A stretch of 64,000 bases of DNA from a virus. The DNA lies in IMG/VR virus record IMGVR_UViG_3300046003_004989, positions 80,481 through 144,480 of that record; one strand, 5' to 3'. The position numbers and the translations under genes were made by a program. The notes under the pieces are model-generated. The model worked only from the letters and a program-made list of their open reading frames with translations, searched no databases and had not been told where the DNA came from. Positions 1 through 9,992 of this stretch are shown here, piece by piece; position 1 is the stretch's first letter; each line of letters begins with the position of its first letter.

Positions 1-1961
1 GGAGTTAATGTCGCATCAACTTCTAAAGATTCATTGATATTACCAGTGTAAGATCTGAATGCGAATGTTGTTCCAGCAGGAATAGTTTGTGCTGAACCTG
101 TCAATCCTGGGAAAAGGAATGAAGAAACAGTTGAGAAGTTAATTATTCTATTGAAGATTGGGTTAACTCCATTGAATTGTGTAGTATAACCTGATGAGAA
201 GTTATTTGTACCACCTCTTGTAAATTCAACATAAGTGAATGTAGCACCAGTTCCATTGAAACCTGTTGCAGAGAATGCTATTCTATCTCCATCAGTAATA
301 AGACCATTCAAGTTTGCTTGATAGATATCTGAATCTTGTCCAGCTAAAATACCAGCAGTAGCACCTGTATCGTTATATTTCCATGCATTTGAACGGATAA
401 TAGTTGCAGTTGCAGTTCCACCACCATTTGTAACACCAGCACCACCAATATAATACCAACCTAAGCTAGTAGAAGTAGGACCAGCAACTGTAGATGTAGA
501 ATCTTGAGTTAAAGGAATTTTAACTGTTAGTGTGTTAGTTGTAAGGTTAAGTTCTTTAGAATTAATTCCAATGTAATTAGCATTACCAGTTGCACCTCCA
601 ACAGCAAATACTGAACCTGGAAGGAATGATTTTCCAACAGCTATTGTAGCAGCAAAAGCTTCGAATTGAGCTTGTGATGTAAAGTATGAAGTAAACAATG
701 GAGGCATAGCTGATGAAGCAGGACCGTAGATTGTTAATGTATCATAATAACCTGTACCACCAACTGAAGTCCAACCTGTACCACCAGAAGTTAAAGCGGT
801 AGAAGCAGTATATAAAGCTTGAGCACCTGTAGTTCCAGCAGTTGCAGAAACTATGAAAGGGATCGTAATAGCTGTAGCACCATTAGAAGCTCTATAAACT
901 AAGTCTTCTTGAATCGAACCGTAATAAGAAAGGAATTCAATAATACCTTCTGGGTTTGATTCTAAAGTATGACCTACTGTATCAATTAAGTCACCAGAAA
1001 CTCTACGAGATTCACCAGCAATACTGAATGGATCATCGTCAAAAGCATCAGGGTTAAGAGCCATAAGTAAACCTGTTTTAGATGTTTCTAAGTTTACTAG
1101 GTCTTGAATATAGATATTGTTACCATTTTTATCTTGGAATTCTGGAATCATAGCACCAGTATAAACTCCAAGTACATTAACTTGAGGTAAAGCAAGGAAA
1201 GAAGTAAGACCGTCTCTTTCGAAACCGAATTGGTCGATGATAGTCTTTTTAACTCCTGTAGCATCGAAATAAGGTCCGAAGATTGGATCGATTGCTAATG
1301 TTGTGTAAGATGAGAAGTCACCTTCAACTACTATTACGTCGATCATATAATCAGTAACGTAATCATTTTCATTCATCCAGAAAGGAACTTTACCAACACC
1401 GAACCAGTCTTTTGCAAGAACATCAAATCCAAGAACATCGGATTTACGAGTAATTACAGAGATAGGTTTTCTACCAACGTTAGAGAAGTTAAGTAGTCTG
1501 TTTTGAGAAAGTGATTGGTTTGCTGCAGCTGAAGTGATTAAAGCTGCTGGATCTGTGAACCAGAATTTATCTTTATTGAAGAACGAAGATACTGGAGCAG
1601 AATCTACAACACCGTTAACATCTGTTGCACATGTTGAAATTGATTGAAAGTTTGAAGTATCTAGTACGTCATCTAAATTTAAAAGGTTTAGAACGATCAC
1701 TGGTCCTCTGTCTAAGCAAGTTAATGCTGTTCTGTGGAAGAATGAACCTTTACGCTCTAATGTCGTATCAATGTCTCCAAAGATATCCTTGAAGAAAACA
1801 TTGTCTTGTACAAACACTGGAGTGTTGAATGGTCCTTTCTTTGAGAATCCAATAATTAAACGGATAGTCTCAGAGGGGATGTTAGTGATTTGGCTCTTAT
1901 CAAATTCTAGACGGTAAACACCACTAGATTTGAATTGTTGTAAGCTTGGTGATAGTGCCAT
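1..1961 (-). CDS. gp18: Tail sheath protein (gp18-like), 5' part; runs off window start
   Basis: Manual translation from ATG at 1961: MALSPSLQQFKSSGVYRLEFDKSQ...IIGFSKKGPFNTPVFV...IFG; the S-G-V-Y..E.D and GFSKKGP-N-P motifs are typical of sheath N-termini; follows terminase as in T4. Confidence 0.85.
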   Translation of the reverse strand, partial: MALSPSLQQFKSSGVYRLEFDKSQITNIPSETIRLIIGFSKKGPFNTPVFVQDNVFFKDIFGDIDTTLERKGSFFHRTALTCLDRGPVIVLNLLNLDDVLDTSNFQSISTCATDVNGVVDSAPVSSFFNKDKFWFTDPAALITSAAANQSLSQNRLLNFSNVGRKPISVITRKSDVLGFDVLAKDWFGVGKVPFWMNENDYVTDYMIDVIVVEGDFSSYTTLAIDPIFGPYFDATGVKKTIIDQFGFERDGLTSFLALPQVNVLGVYTGAMIPEFQDKNGNNIYIQDLVNLETSKTGLLMALNPDAFDDDPFSIAGESRRVSGDLIDTVGHTLESNPEGIIEFLSYYGSIQEDLVYRASNGATAITIPFIVSATAGTTGAQALYTASTALTSGGTGWTSVGGTGYYDTLTIYGPASSAMPPLFTSYFTSQAQFEAFAATIAVGKSFLPGSVFAVGGATGNANYIGINSKELNLTTNTLTVKIPLTQDSTSTVAGPTSTSLGWYYIGGAGVTNGGGTATATIIRSNAWKYNDTGATAGILAGQDSDIYQANLNGLITDGDRIAFSATGFNGTGATFTYVEFTRGGTNNFSSGYTTQFNGVNPIFNRIINFSTVSSFLFPGLTGSAQTIPAGTTFAFRSYTGNINESLEVDATLT

Positions 1962-2006
1962 TTGACTCTAATTTTTTTATTATATATCTCAGACTCTATA
2001 GCATAT

Positions 2007-3800
2007 TTAGAATAGTCCGCTATAAATGTCGTCATCGTCCGATGTCATTTCGATAGTCTTATCGATTTTCTTTTGTATGTTTTGATCGAGGTGATCGAAT
2101 AGTTCTTCTACTGTTTCTGTAAAGTCTAAAGTGTCAAATATTGATGCTGCTGTTACGCAAGTCATCATACAGTCATCATTACCTGATTGAGCTGAGTACG
2201 TACCATTAGGATTTCTAGAGAAAGCCTTCGCTTCTTCTATAGTTCTCGGTTCTGTGAGTATTAGTTGACCTCCACCGACACATTTTTTCATCTTTTCACA
2301 GAATAGAATTTTATTGTCTTTATTGATTCTGATACCTTGATTCTTCACTTTCGTACCAACTCGATGATGATATCTTACAATAGTTTCTTCATCAAAATCA
2401 TTACTTGCAGGGAATAGCGTAGTCAAATTTTTGATTAATTCTGAACCGTATGTATTGTATTCGATAACTAATCGTAGGTTTTCCTGATCAAATACTTTCA
2501 CACATAGAGTGTAGAGTATTTTAGAGAAGTCTTCTAAGTTATGTATATTGGAACGGAATAAACCCACTTGCTTAAGTCCGAAAAACTCTGTAATCGAACC
2601 GGGTGAGTTCATCATATCCATATCGGATTCAGCAATTGCTACTACTTTAAATATATTGACTACTGTAAAATCTCTACCGATACCTTCGGCTAGATCTATC
2701 GATAGAACAAAGAAATTCTTCGGATCTTCAACTTCTTCAATGTCAAAATCTTCAGCCCATTTAAGTGCTGAATAATCAATACAAAGGTCATCTAGAGGAT
2801 CGATTTCTCTAAATGAGAATTCTTGTTGATTCTTTTCTAAACGAAGAATTTGTTCTGATGTAAGGAGAAGTGATGATGCATTAAGGAATTGACATCCATA
2901 TTGCTGATTAAATGCTTCTTCCGATCCAAGATTAGCTATCTCTCGAGCTCTCCATGCTTCGTCTCTTCCGGGAACTTCCCACCAGTCCACACGAAGGGCA
3001 GTATATTCATTAGCACCATCTACAGATCCTTGATACAGATCATGGAATAAGTCATATCCATTTGGTGTAGATGTGATAATTACACGTGATATTTTAGAAG
3101 ATGATAGCGTTGGATAAACGTTTTCATAGAATGGCTTCTTAATATTAGTTGGAATGTGAGCAAACTCATCAAGGAATAGTAAGTGAATCGTAAAACCAAT
3201 ACCACCTGTTTTTGTAGTATTTTGACCAATGATTCTACAACGATTGTCGTATATCATTGTCATTACATCTTTCTTAGCTGTTCCAGGTTTTAAGAAGAAC
3301 GGCAGACCTTCCATAATGGCTTTAATCTTGTCCATAATCTCTTTGGTAGTAGCACCCTTATTCGACATAAGCAGTACGTTTTTATCAAAGTGAAATAGGA
3401 GATACCAAGTCAGGAATACTGATGATGTGATCGTCTTACCAACCTGTCTAGGTGCTAGGAAGATATTCCATCTATTGTCTTGATATGATCGAAGAACTCG
3501 TTCTTGATAAGGACGAAGACGGATTTTTTGATATCCATCATCCGTCATTACTTGACAGTAATTATTTGCAAAGTGAACGATATCCTTTGCACATTTTTTA
3601 ACCTCGGCATACTCCTCTTCGGTATACTCGAATACGATATTTGCTCTTTTATAAGACGGATCACCTTCAAAGAATGGATGTTGTGGTGGATCGTAACCCT
3701 CTTCCATTGCTTGTAGTAGCTTTTCAACCTTTTCGGTATTCCAAACTACTTTCTTGTCATCATTCTTATTTTCGTCTTTATATTCTTTTACCTTAAACAC
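2007..3800 (-). CDS. gp17: Terminase large subunit
   Basis: LRPYQ Q-motif, APRQVGKT Walker A, LLFLDEFAH Walker B, ITSTPNG, IDLAEG and NDDCMM nuclease motifs. Confidence 0.96.
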   Translation of the reverse strand: MFKVKEYKDENKNDDKKVVWNTEKVEKLLQAMEEGYDPPQHPFFEGDPSYKRANIVFEYTEEEYAEVKKCAKDIVHFANNYCQVMTDDGYQKIRLRPYQERVLRSYQDNRWNIFLAPRQVGKTITSSVFLTWYLLFHFDKNVLLMSNKGATTKEIMDKIKAIMEGLPFFLKPGTAKKDVMTMIYDNRCRIIGQNTTKTGGIGFTIHLLFLDEFAHIPTNIKKPFYENVYPTLSSSKISRVIITSTPNGYDLFHDLYQGSVDGANEYTALRVDWWEVPGRDEAWRAREIANLGSEEAFNQQYGCQFLNASSLLLTSEQILRLEKNQQEFSFREIDPLDDLCIDYSALKWAEDFDIEEVEDPKNFFVLSIDLAEGIGRDFTVVNIFKVVAIAESDMDMMNSPGSITEFFGLKQVGLFRSNIHNLEDFSKILYTLCVKVFDQENLRLVIEYNTYGSELIKNLTTLFPASNDFDEETIVRYHHRVGTKVKNQGIRINKDNKILFCEKMKKCVGGGQLILTEPRTIEEAKAFSRNPNGTYSAQSGNDDCMMTCVTAASIFDTLDFTETVEELFDHLDQNIQKKIDKTIEMTSDDDDIYSGLF

Positions 3801-3814
3801 ATATTCAGATATTT

Positions 3815-4453
3815 TTAAAGCTCAGTCTGATTGTCTGAGTCGAAGTCTGTAGGATCTTCTTCTGGCTCTTCATTACCTAATTCTGCTTGAATTTCTTTCA
3901 TTAGGTTTCTAGTTCCTCTAGCAACATTTCCGCTTTCTAGCTTCTTAGTTGGTTTTGCTTCACCTCCACCTCTTGCATCATCTGCATAGATATCGATGTC
4001 ACGTTTAAGTTTTTTCATATTCTCTTCGGATGCCATCATATGAAGTGTTTGATGTTTCATAATATCTAACATTGTCTTTTGAAGACCTGCTAGAACCTCA
4101 AACATACGAGGAGTAACTTCACCTGTATCAATGGTTCTCATTAATGTAGTGATAGCTCGCTCAGAGTATTGCATTTGTTGAATCAAATTAGATAGCGTTA
4201 GCATTTCTAATTTCGCCTTAGCTTGAATGTACTCGTTATTGTCTATCAGCTCTTGTGAAAGATAGAATTTAAGTAGTGAGTTCATCATCTTCTTAGATTT
4301 ATTCATAGAAGAAGCTTTCATCTCGTCATAGTCGATAGGCTCATTCAATTGGAATGCTGGAAGACCACCTCCACTTGTTGCAGGAACGTTATCGTCGTTC
4401 AAAAGGTCCTCGACTGATCTCCTTGCTGGATTGTCTTGTTTATCGTTTTCCAT
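3815..4453 (-). CDS. Probable terminase small subunit
   Basis: Immediately upstream of terL; helical, PRMFEVLAGL resembles the gp16 PRAYEV motif. Confidence 0.6.
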   Translation of the reverse strand: MENDKQDNPARRSVEDLLNDDNVPATSGGGLPAFQLNEPIDYDEMKASSMNKSKKMMNSLLKFYLSQELIDNNEYIQAKAKLEMLTLSNLIQQMQYSERAITTLMRTIDTGEVTPRMFEVLAGLQKTMLDIMKHQTLHMMASEENMKKLKRDIDIYADDARGGGEAKPTKKLESGNVARGTRNLMKEIQAELGNEEPEEDPTDFDSDNQTEL

Positions 4454-4489
4454 ATTATTGTATTCTTATAGTATATGTATCTCTGTACG

Positions 4490-4598
4490 TCGGAGCGGAA
4501 CCTCGACTTGACAGCCTCCTCGTGTTTTACTGTATTCCCTTTACCTGAAACCCAGTAAGGGTTATATGTTACCGAGCCGAGCTGTGTTTCAGAATCAA
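4490..4598. repeat. Copy A of GC-rich long-hairpin element (inverted copy at 63821-63925)
   Basis: 4529-4568 is the exact reverse complement of 63852-63891; flanks are also similar. Confidence 0.9.
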
Positions 4599-4599
4599 T

Positions 4600-4635
4600 A
4601 AAAAAATGCGATAAACCTTTCGAGATTCATCGCAT
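4600..4635 (-). terminator. Rho-independent terminator
   Basis: Minus strand ATGCGATGAATC-TCGAAA-GGTTTATCGCAT followed by a T-run, downstream of 4655-4996. Confidence 0.8.
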
Positions 4636-4654
4636 ATAATTAAGTTAGGGATTA

Positions 4655-4996
4655 TTATTTCTTGTAAGTAAAAGCATAGGAACCATCTCTAGTATAGCTC
4701 TTATTAATCTTGCTTTTATGTGAAGCGAAAACTTTAGCTACTAAGTCCTTAGCAAATTTTTCATCTTCTTTTAATTCGGAACCTAGCTTAGAAGTGCTAA
4801 CTACCAAAGTTTCTTTTTTGAAGCCAAATCCACCCACAGTATCTAATAAAATACCCTGAGATCCATCTAATTCAAATTTACTATGCTTCTTGCAAGCATC
4901 TACTAAGTCTTTCATAAAGTTCTCTAGGTCTGTGTATGAGCCTTCATTAATAGAAGATTCATTTAGGAACTCTTCAAATGTTGGAATGTGTTTCAT
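4655..4996 (-). CDS. Hypothetical, CTS-like leader (putative internal head protein)
   Basis: MKHIPTFEEFLNES leader. Confidence 0.75.
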   Translation of the reverse strand: MKHIPTFEEFLNESSINEGSYTDLENFMKDLVDACKKHSKFELDGSQGILLDTVGGFGFKKETLVVSTSKLGSELKEDEKFAKDLVAKVFASHKSKINKSYTRDGSYAFTYKK

Positions 4997-5011
4997 GATT
5001 ATATTTTGTGT

Positions 5012-6868
5012 TTATCTTACGTATTCTTTTACCATTCTCAAAGGTGGAATAGCATTATCGATCATTAAAGCTTGATCTTGATCTCTTACTACAAATTGAT
5101 TAAGAGTTATAGGTTGAACCTCTTCTTCCATTGATTCTTTCCATATTCTAATATTAGTTAGAAGTGTAGTTCCAGCTCTTAACATGAAAGATGTATCGGT
5201 TGGAGTTATCGCTTCAGGAGTCATATTAGAATTTTGAGTAAACAGAAGTCTAAGATTAGTAGTTTTAATTTGTCCATTTGGTGGTAAAGATGAATCGTAT
5301 CTCATACCCCAAATATGAACTGATGTTTGAGAGAATTCATTCATATGATTAACTACAATTCCATACCAATCATTAGGATTCAATTCAGGGAAATTCTGAT
5401 CAAAAACCATTGTTTGAGTGTTTCTAACAACAGTTATCGATTTTGTTTTTCCTGTGATAGGATCGTAATCTAAAGTGATTCCAATACCTTTATTTTCTGA
5501 TGGATTGTAACCATCAATTAGAATATCTGATCCATTTCCAGTAGGCTTAAACCAAGCAGAAAATGCAGTATTCACTTTGTCATCTCGATTTACCGCTAAT
5601 TTATACTTAACCGCAATATCATTTTTAGTCATACCTACAGGTAAGTTGTAGAAGTACTTACCAACTACCGTAAAGTAATTTGTTAGATCTTTTGTTTCGA
5701 TAACTAGCTTATCGTGAATATGACTTCTTACGTGATCGAATCCACCGATAGAAATTGTACGATACTGTAAGGGTTTCGTAATCTCTTCATATTCTCTTTG
5801 GATTTCTCCACCAAGAACTTCGTCTAATGAAACATGAAGATCGTTAACGTACTGATCGATTTCAGGGATGTTACGCATAACATTTAGTTTATCTTGCCAT
5901 TTGAATAGATTGACTCTGTAATAAGCTTCAGTAGCCATAAAATCACGTCTCAAATATGCCGAGTTAACTTCATATATACGATCAATTAGAGGGAAATACA
6001 AATAATCTCTTTGTTCAGGAAGATCGTCTTGTCCGAATGCTCTTTCGAAATGTTCTTTGACGATATGCACTTCTAGACCATCACCAAAATCCATATCATA
6101 AGGTAAGAATGCGATAGCATTGTCTGGGAATTGATTGTCAGGAATCATAATCTTGATATCCTTCACTTCCGTTACCTCATATAGTGAAAACTCTTTTAGA
6201 ACTGGATCAGCAGATTCAGCTTTAACTTGAGTTTTGAAATATCGAACACAATGACCAAACATTTCCGAAACTGCACATGACATTTCGTGATAGATCTTAA
6301 TAGCTGGACTCATTACATCATAAGGACGGAATAGAGCACCATCACAATTAATTGTAATTCCAGAAGAGAAATTTGTAGTAGGACAAGCATTAGCTTTACA
6401 GCCGTCTTGCGTGATTATTTTCGGAGCAACTCCTGTAGGTGTAACACCTTCTTCGAAATTGATAACAATTCTTTCAATCATTCTTGCTCCAGTTTCTGGA
6501 CCTTTTCTGACTAATCTAAATTGTAAGTCAAATGAATCAGAAATTTTATGCGGATTAGGATCAGTTGGACGAATAATGCCATTCAATGTAGATCGTAAAC
6601 TTTCTAATTGCTGACCATTCTCTGCAATTTTAACCCAAGCTGACCAAATAACATGAGGCTTTCCGGTAGCTCTATCTATTGTTGCAATATCATAACTCCA
6701 TCTAATGTAAATGTCATGATAATTCTCCGCAGTCTCTAAAGGAGAGAAGTCAAATTCAATATTTTGTATTGATTTGATATAATAGAAAGCATTCGAAAAG
6801 TCCACAAGCAGGGTATCACCTGCATTGTAAGTTATGTTATTATTGGTTATTTGATAATCGAAACGCAT
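5012..6868 (-). CDS. Neck/head-completion protein with gp14-like central domain
   Basis: DPVLKEF...DGLEVHIVKEHFERAFG..P.QRDYLYFPLIDRIYEV resembles gp14; extra N- and C-terminal beta domains. Confidence 0.6.
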   Translation of the reverse strand: MRFDYQITNNNITYNAGDTLLVDFSNAFYYIKSIQNIEFDFSPLETAENYHDIYIRWSYDIATIDRATGKPHVIWSAWVKIAENGQQLESLRSTLNGIIRPTDPNPHKISDSFDLQFRLVRKGPETGARMIERIVINFEEGVTPTGVAPKIITQDGCKANACPTTNFSSGITINCDGALFRPYDVMSPAIKIYHEMSCAVSEMFGHCVRYFKTQVKAESADPVLKEFSLYEVTEVKDIKIMIPDNQFPDNAIAFLPYDMDFGDGLEVHIVKEHFERAFGQDDLPEQRDYLYFPLIDRIYEVNSAYLRRDFMATEAYYRVNLFKWQDKLNVMRNIPEIDQYVNDLHVSLDEVLGGEIQREYEEITKPLQYRTISIGGFDHVRSHIHDKLVIETKDLTNYFTVVGKYFYNLPVGMTKNDIAVKYKLAVNRDDKVNTAFSAWFKPTGNGSDILIDGYNPSENKGIGITLDYDPITGKTKSITVVRNTQTMVFDQNFPELNPNDWYGIVVNHMNEFSQTSVHIWGMRYDSSLPPNGQIKTTNLRLLFTQNSNMTPEAITPTDTSFMLRAGTTLLTNIRIWKESMEEEVQPITLNQFVVRDQDQALMIDNAIPPLRMVKEYVR

Positions 6869-6886
6869 TAAGCATTATTCGTATTT

Positions 6887-7270
6887 TTAGTGCTTTGTCA
6901 TCATTTGGAAGATTAGTGCAATAGTTAAACCTGCAACTGTAGTGAAAATAAACCAAAGAGCTTTATTAACACCTTCTTGCCATTTTTCCAAATTATCTAA
7001 ACGATTTCTTAGATCCGGAATTTCTTCTATTTGATCTTCAAATCTTAGGATAGAATCCGTATTCTTGTTTATTCTAACAATAACACCATCATCTGGATTG
7101 AAGAGTCTTTTTTTGAAGTATTCCAAATCCTCTTTAATAGATTTTTGGTCTTGACTAAGAGACTCAATCGAGCGTTTTATACTCTCAAGTTCTCCGTTTG
7201 GAAGTTTGGTCTTGATGATATCAAGGGCTTTAAGAATATCTTCTATTCTTGGATCTGAGGTAGTAGCCAT
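6887..7270 (-). CDS. Coiled-coil protein with C-terminal transmembrane helix (possible holin/lysis-related)
   Basis: ALWFIFTTVAGLTIALIF hydrophobic tail; late-type promoter motif at 7291-7298. Confidence 0.5.
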   Translation of the reverse strand: MATTSDPRIEDILKALDIIKTKLPNGELESIKRSIESLSQDQKSIKEDLEYFKKRLFNPDDGVIVRINKNTDSILRFEDQIEEIPDLRNRLDNLEKWQEGVNKALWFIFTTVAGLTIALIFQMMTKH

Positions 7271-7313
7271 CTATAATTCTCTTGTTTTTATATTTATCCG
7301 TGAACCAAGAGAA

Positions 7314-7967
7314 TCATTTCTTCATGATTACAAGTGCAGTAGAATTATCTCGTTCCAATTTATGACCAAAAGCAGCCATTATATTTACAACATTAAGATA
7401 TTCGTCGTCTTCTTTTTCGAATTGATAAGAATAATTTTGAAGACGTACGAAAAGGTCACGGACAGCAACCTCAAAATAAGGTTTGGGATTGTATATTGTA
7501 GGTTGATAGACTCCAATATGTTTGAAGATTCTCTCACAATCTACTAAAAATTCAGGAAGAACTTTATTAGCGAGATCTATCCTAGAATGCATAATTTTAT
7601 ACTCAAATTTTTTGTTCTCGGATGATTCTGTAGTTTCGGATACATGAACTCTAAAGTATTTGAGTTTTTTAAATTCTCTCATAGCCGCCTCTAAATAATA
7701 AATAGAGTTAGCATTAGCTTGGAAATTTGAAGGTGAAACCGAATCAAAATTTGTGATATCTTTACGATATTTCTCCCAAAGGATCTCTTCTACCTCATGC
7801 ACTTTCACGAAGAAAGAAGAACTATCATAGTCAGGGACTGTAACAATCTGTGCTTTCTTTTTGAAGTCATTTATCAATAAACGGTCTTTGTAATTGTTCT
7901 TATTGAGATAGATCTCTAGAATTAGAGGTTCAATCATAAAATTAGTATCTTCAAAGTTATCGATCAT
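7314..7967 (-). CDS. Hypothetical protein
   Basis: 217-aa ORF in operon. Confidence 0.7.
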   Translation of the reverse strand: MIDNFEDTNFMIEPLILEIYLNKNNYKDRLLINDFKKKAQIVTVPDYDSSSFFVKVHEVEEILWEKYRKDITNFDSVSPSNFQANANSIYYLEAAMREFKKLKYFRVHVSETTESSENKKFEYKIMHSRIDLANKVLPEFLVDCERIFKHIGVYQPTIYNPKPYFEVAVRDLFVRLQNYSYQFEKEDDEYLNVVNIMAAFGHKLERDNSTALVIMKK

Positions 7968-8373
7968 ACATTTCGATTTGTTTTTCTAATGCAGAAAAAC
8001 TCTTCTTCATACCTTCTGGATTGTATTTGATAGCTTCATGTAATTCTCTTTCGCCTATCTGATTTCTTTCCATCCAAAGTTTTGCAACTTCTGGATTAGG
8101 TTTCCAGACTTTTTCGGTTGAAGATGTAGTCCTCTTAGTCTTTGTATATATCCAACCAGGGACTCTTTGGAACCTTGATGCTACGATTTGCCATAAGTCG
8201 ACGACCGCTGATCCATTGATTCCATTTCGATTTAATTGTTGTGCAGTTGCAGGATGTTTAATCGACATGAATCGATTGACCATAAAGAAGTGTTTACCTT
8301 TCTCTGCACTTTTTTGTTCTGCGTATTGTTTTGGGTTCGTGAACATTACACGAACGAAGTCAAATAGTTCCAT
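7957..8373 (-). CDS. Probable clamp loader small subunit (gp62-like)
   Basis: FFMVNRFMS motif like gp62 (FMINR.LS), size about 140 aa; likely start MELFDF at 8373. Confidence 0.55.
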   Translation of the reverse strand: MELFDFVRVMFTNPKQYAEQKSAEKGKHFFMVNRFMSIKHPATAQQLNRNGINGSAVVDLWQIVASRFQRVPGWIYTKTKRTTSSTEKVWKPNPEVAKLWMERNQIGERELHEAIKYNPEGMKKSFSALEKQIEMYDR

Positions 8374-8388
8374 GTTAGTTATATGCAA

Positions 8389-8700
8389 TTAAAGTTTATC
8401 GTAATCAGTCAAATCTATTTCTGTTCCGTCCCAACTTTTAGCACTGACCATATTTCCTATGCCAGTTAAAGTGAAACATATCGTAGTTCCACCTCCAATA
8501 GCACCTAAATACTTCTTTGGTTTAGATCTTTCCCATGCACGTAATTTTCTGATTTGTACTTCATCTAATTCGAATTGCCAAGACTCAGAAGTATACACTC
8601 CTTCAGGAACGACATTCCATTCTTTTGGTAAACATTTCTCCGTACACCTTCCATTTTTCTTGATGCATTTTTTGCAAAGGATTTCTTTACTCATTTTCAA
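8389..8700 (-). CDS. Hypothetical protein
   Basis: GAIGGG.T..FT.TGIG...EIDLTDYD, a common small phage protein pattern. Confidence 0.65.
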   Translation of the reverse strand: MKMSKEILCKKCIKKNGRCTEKCLPKEWNVVPEGVYTSESWQFELDEVQIRKLRAWERSKPKKYLGAIGGGTTICFTLTGIGNMVSAKSWDGTEIDLTDYDKL

Positions 8701-9001
8701 ATTCTTTTTTAAGACGTAGATAGCTTTCTCGTCTACGATTCTTCATTTCAATTTCGCTTCGTTTATTCCTTTCAATTCGTTTTTCAAATTCTTCATCAGA
8801 CTCTTCAACCATCCGAGTAATTTGATTATGCCAATATCCATGATAGTCGAAGTTATCATCATCAACCCAACCAGAATGAATGATGTCATCGTCTTCTAAT
8901 TGTAAATTTTTGATATGAGACCATTTCATTGGGCCGTTATTATATCCATGGAATATTTGTTTTTCCTTTAAGATTTTCTTTGGTGATTTTGTATCTTCCA
9001 T
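8687..9001 (-). CDS. Hypothetical protein
   Basis: ORF; likely start MEDTKS at 9001. Confidence 0.6.
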   Translation of the reverse strand: MEDTKSPKKILKEKQIFHGYNNGPMKWSHIKNLQLEDDDIIHSGWVDDDNFDYHGYWHNQITRMVEESDEEFEKRIERNKRSEIEMKNRRRESYLRLKKEFENE

Positions 9002-9819
9002 TATTTTTGTATTTGTGGTACCCAATGTGTCATTCTGCCTTCTCTCGTTACTTCTTTAACGACTGGATATCCTTGTTCGCAAATGTTTCTTCCGTAAACT
9101 TTAAATGAGAAAACGAAATCTCCATCTTCTCCGTCCATACCTTTATATGTGCTAATACTTGCTCCTCGATTAGCAAAAGAAGATTTGATTACTTCTTCAG
9201 TTGCTTTATTCAGTTTAGAGAATTCGGAATCTGTGATAGATTTTACTACTCTATGTGGTGAAACTCCAGCTCTATAGAGAACTTCTGCTTTGATGTAATT
9301 TCCGATTCCACCGATCAGTGATTGATTCATTAAAACTTCTGGCATCGTAGCTTCAGGGAATTTCATTAGCCTTTCTTTGAATAGCTCATCAGATATGATA
9401 TCTGCTAGATGATTAGGTCCGATAGACTTTATTTTCTTTTTAGTCTGTTCGATATCATCTATGAATTTCATAGTTCCAAAGTTTCTAGCATCAGTAAAAA
9501 AGACCGAATTATCTTCAGTCTTAAATTCTATATGGCCATGTTTTGTATGATCGGCTCTCCAACCGCCAGACATTCCGAGAGTATTCCAAGCCCACCATTT
9601 TTTTCCGCTTTTCCCTGTGAACTGAAATAAAATCAGCTTTCCACAGAAAGTTACTTCATCTACTTTTGCAGGCAATTCTTCTCTAAATGCAGATAGACCG
9701 ACTGGATCTCCATGTCTGACATATCTACCAGAGTGAATGATAACTTCGGTTAGTAATTTACCGTTGATTCTTTGATTAATCGACAGTGCTGTCCTCGCTA
9801 CTTCTGGTAATTCTGGCAT
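9001..9819 (-). CDS. mutM: Formamidopyrimidine-DNA glycosylase (Fpg/Nei family)
   Basis: MPELPEV N-terminus, GK, LGMSG, D.RNFG, and H2TH motif LMNQ..IGGIGNYIKAEVLY. Confidence 0.93.
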   Translation of the reverse strand: MPELPEVARTALSINQRINGKLLTEVIIHSGRYVRHGDPVGLSAFREELPAKVDEVTFCGKLILFQFTGKSGKKWWAWNTLGMSGGWRADHTKHGHIEFKTEDNSVFFTDARNFGTMKFIDDIEQTKKKIKSIGPNHLADIISDELFKERLMKFPEATMPEVLMNQSLIGGIGNYIKAEVLYRAGVSPHRVVKSITDSEFSKLNKATEEVIKSSFANRGASISTYKGMDGEDGDFVFSFKVYGRNICEQGYPVVKEVTREGRMTHWVPQIQK

Positions 9820-9988
9820 TTTCGTTTTTTTCGTTAATGAATCTTTTTTGTTCTATTAGCAATTTTTTCCCTTCGATTTTATTTGATTCGTTTAGGGCTT
9901 CGGTTAGCTTTCCTAGAACGTCTACTAATTTAGGTAGATCGTGTTCTAAGAATTTTTTACCTACTCTTGATGATGCAAAGTCTTCCAT
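9776..9988 (-). CDS. Hypothetical protein
   Basis: GKKFLEHDLPKL small phage protein. Confidence 0.6.
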   Translation of the reverse strand: MEDFASSRVGKKFLEHDLPKLVDVLGKLTEALNESNKIEGKKLLIEQKRFINEKNENARITRSSEDSTVD

Positions 9989-9992
9989 TTGT

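Noticed and set aside
4490-4598. Both hairpin-element copies read ET.LGS..YNPYWVSGKGNTV in one frame
   Set aside because: Copy A has no in-frame start, and the core has zero synonymous differences, which fits nucleotide-level rather than peptide-level constraint
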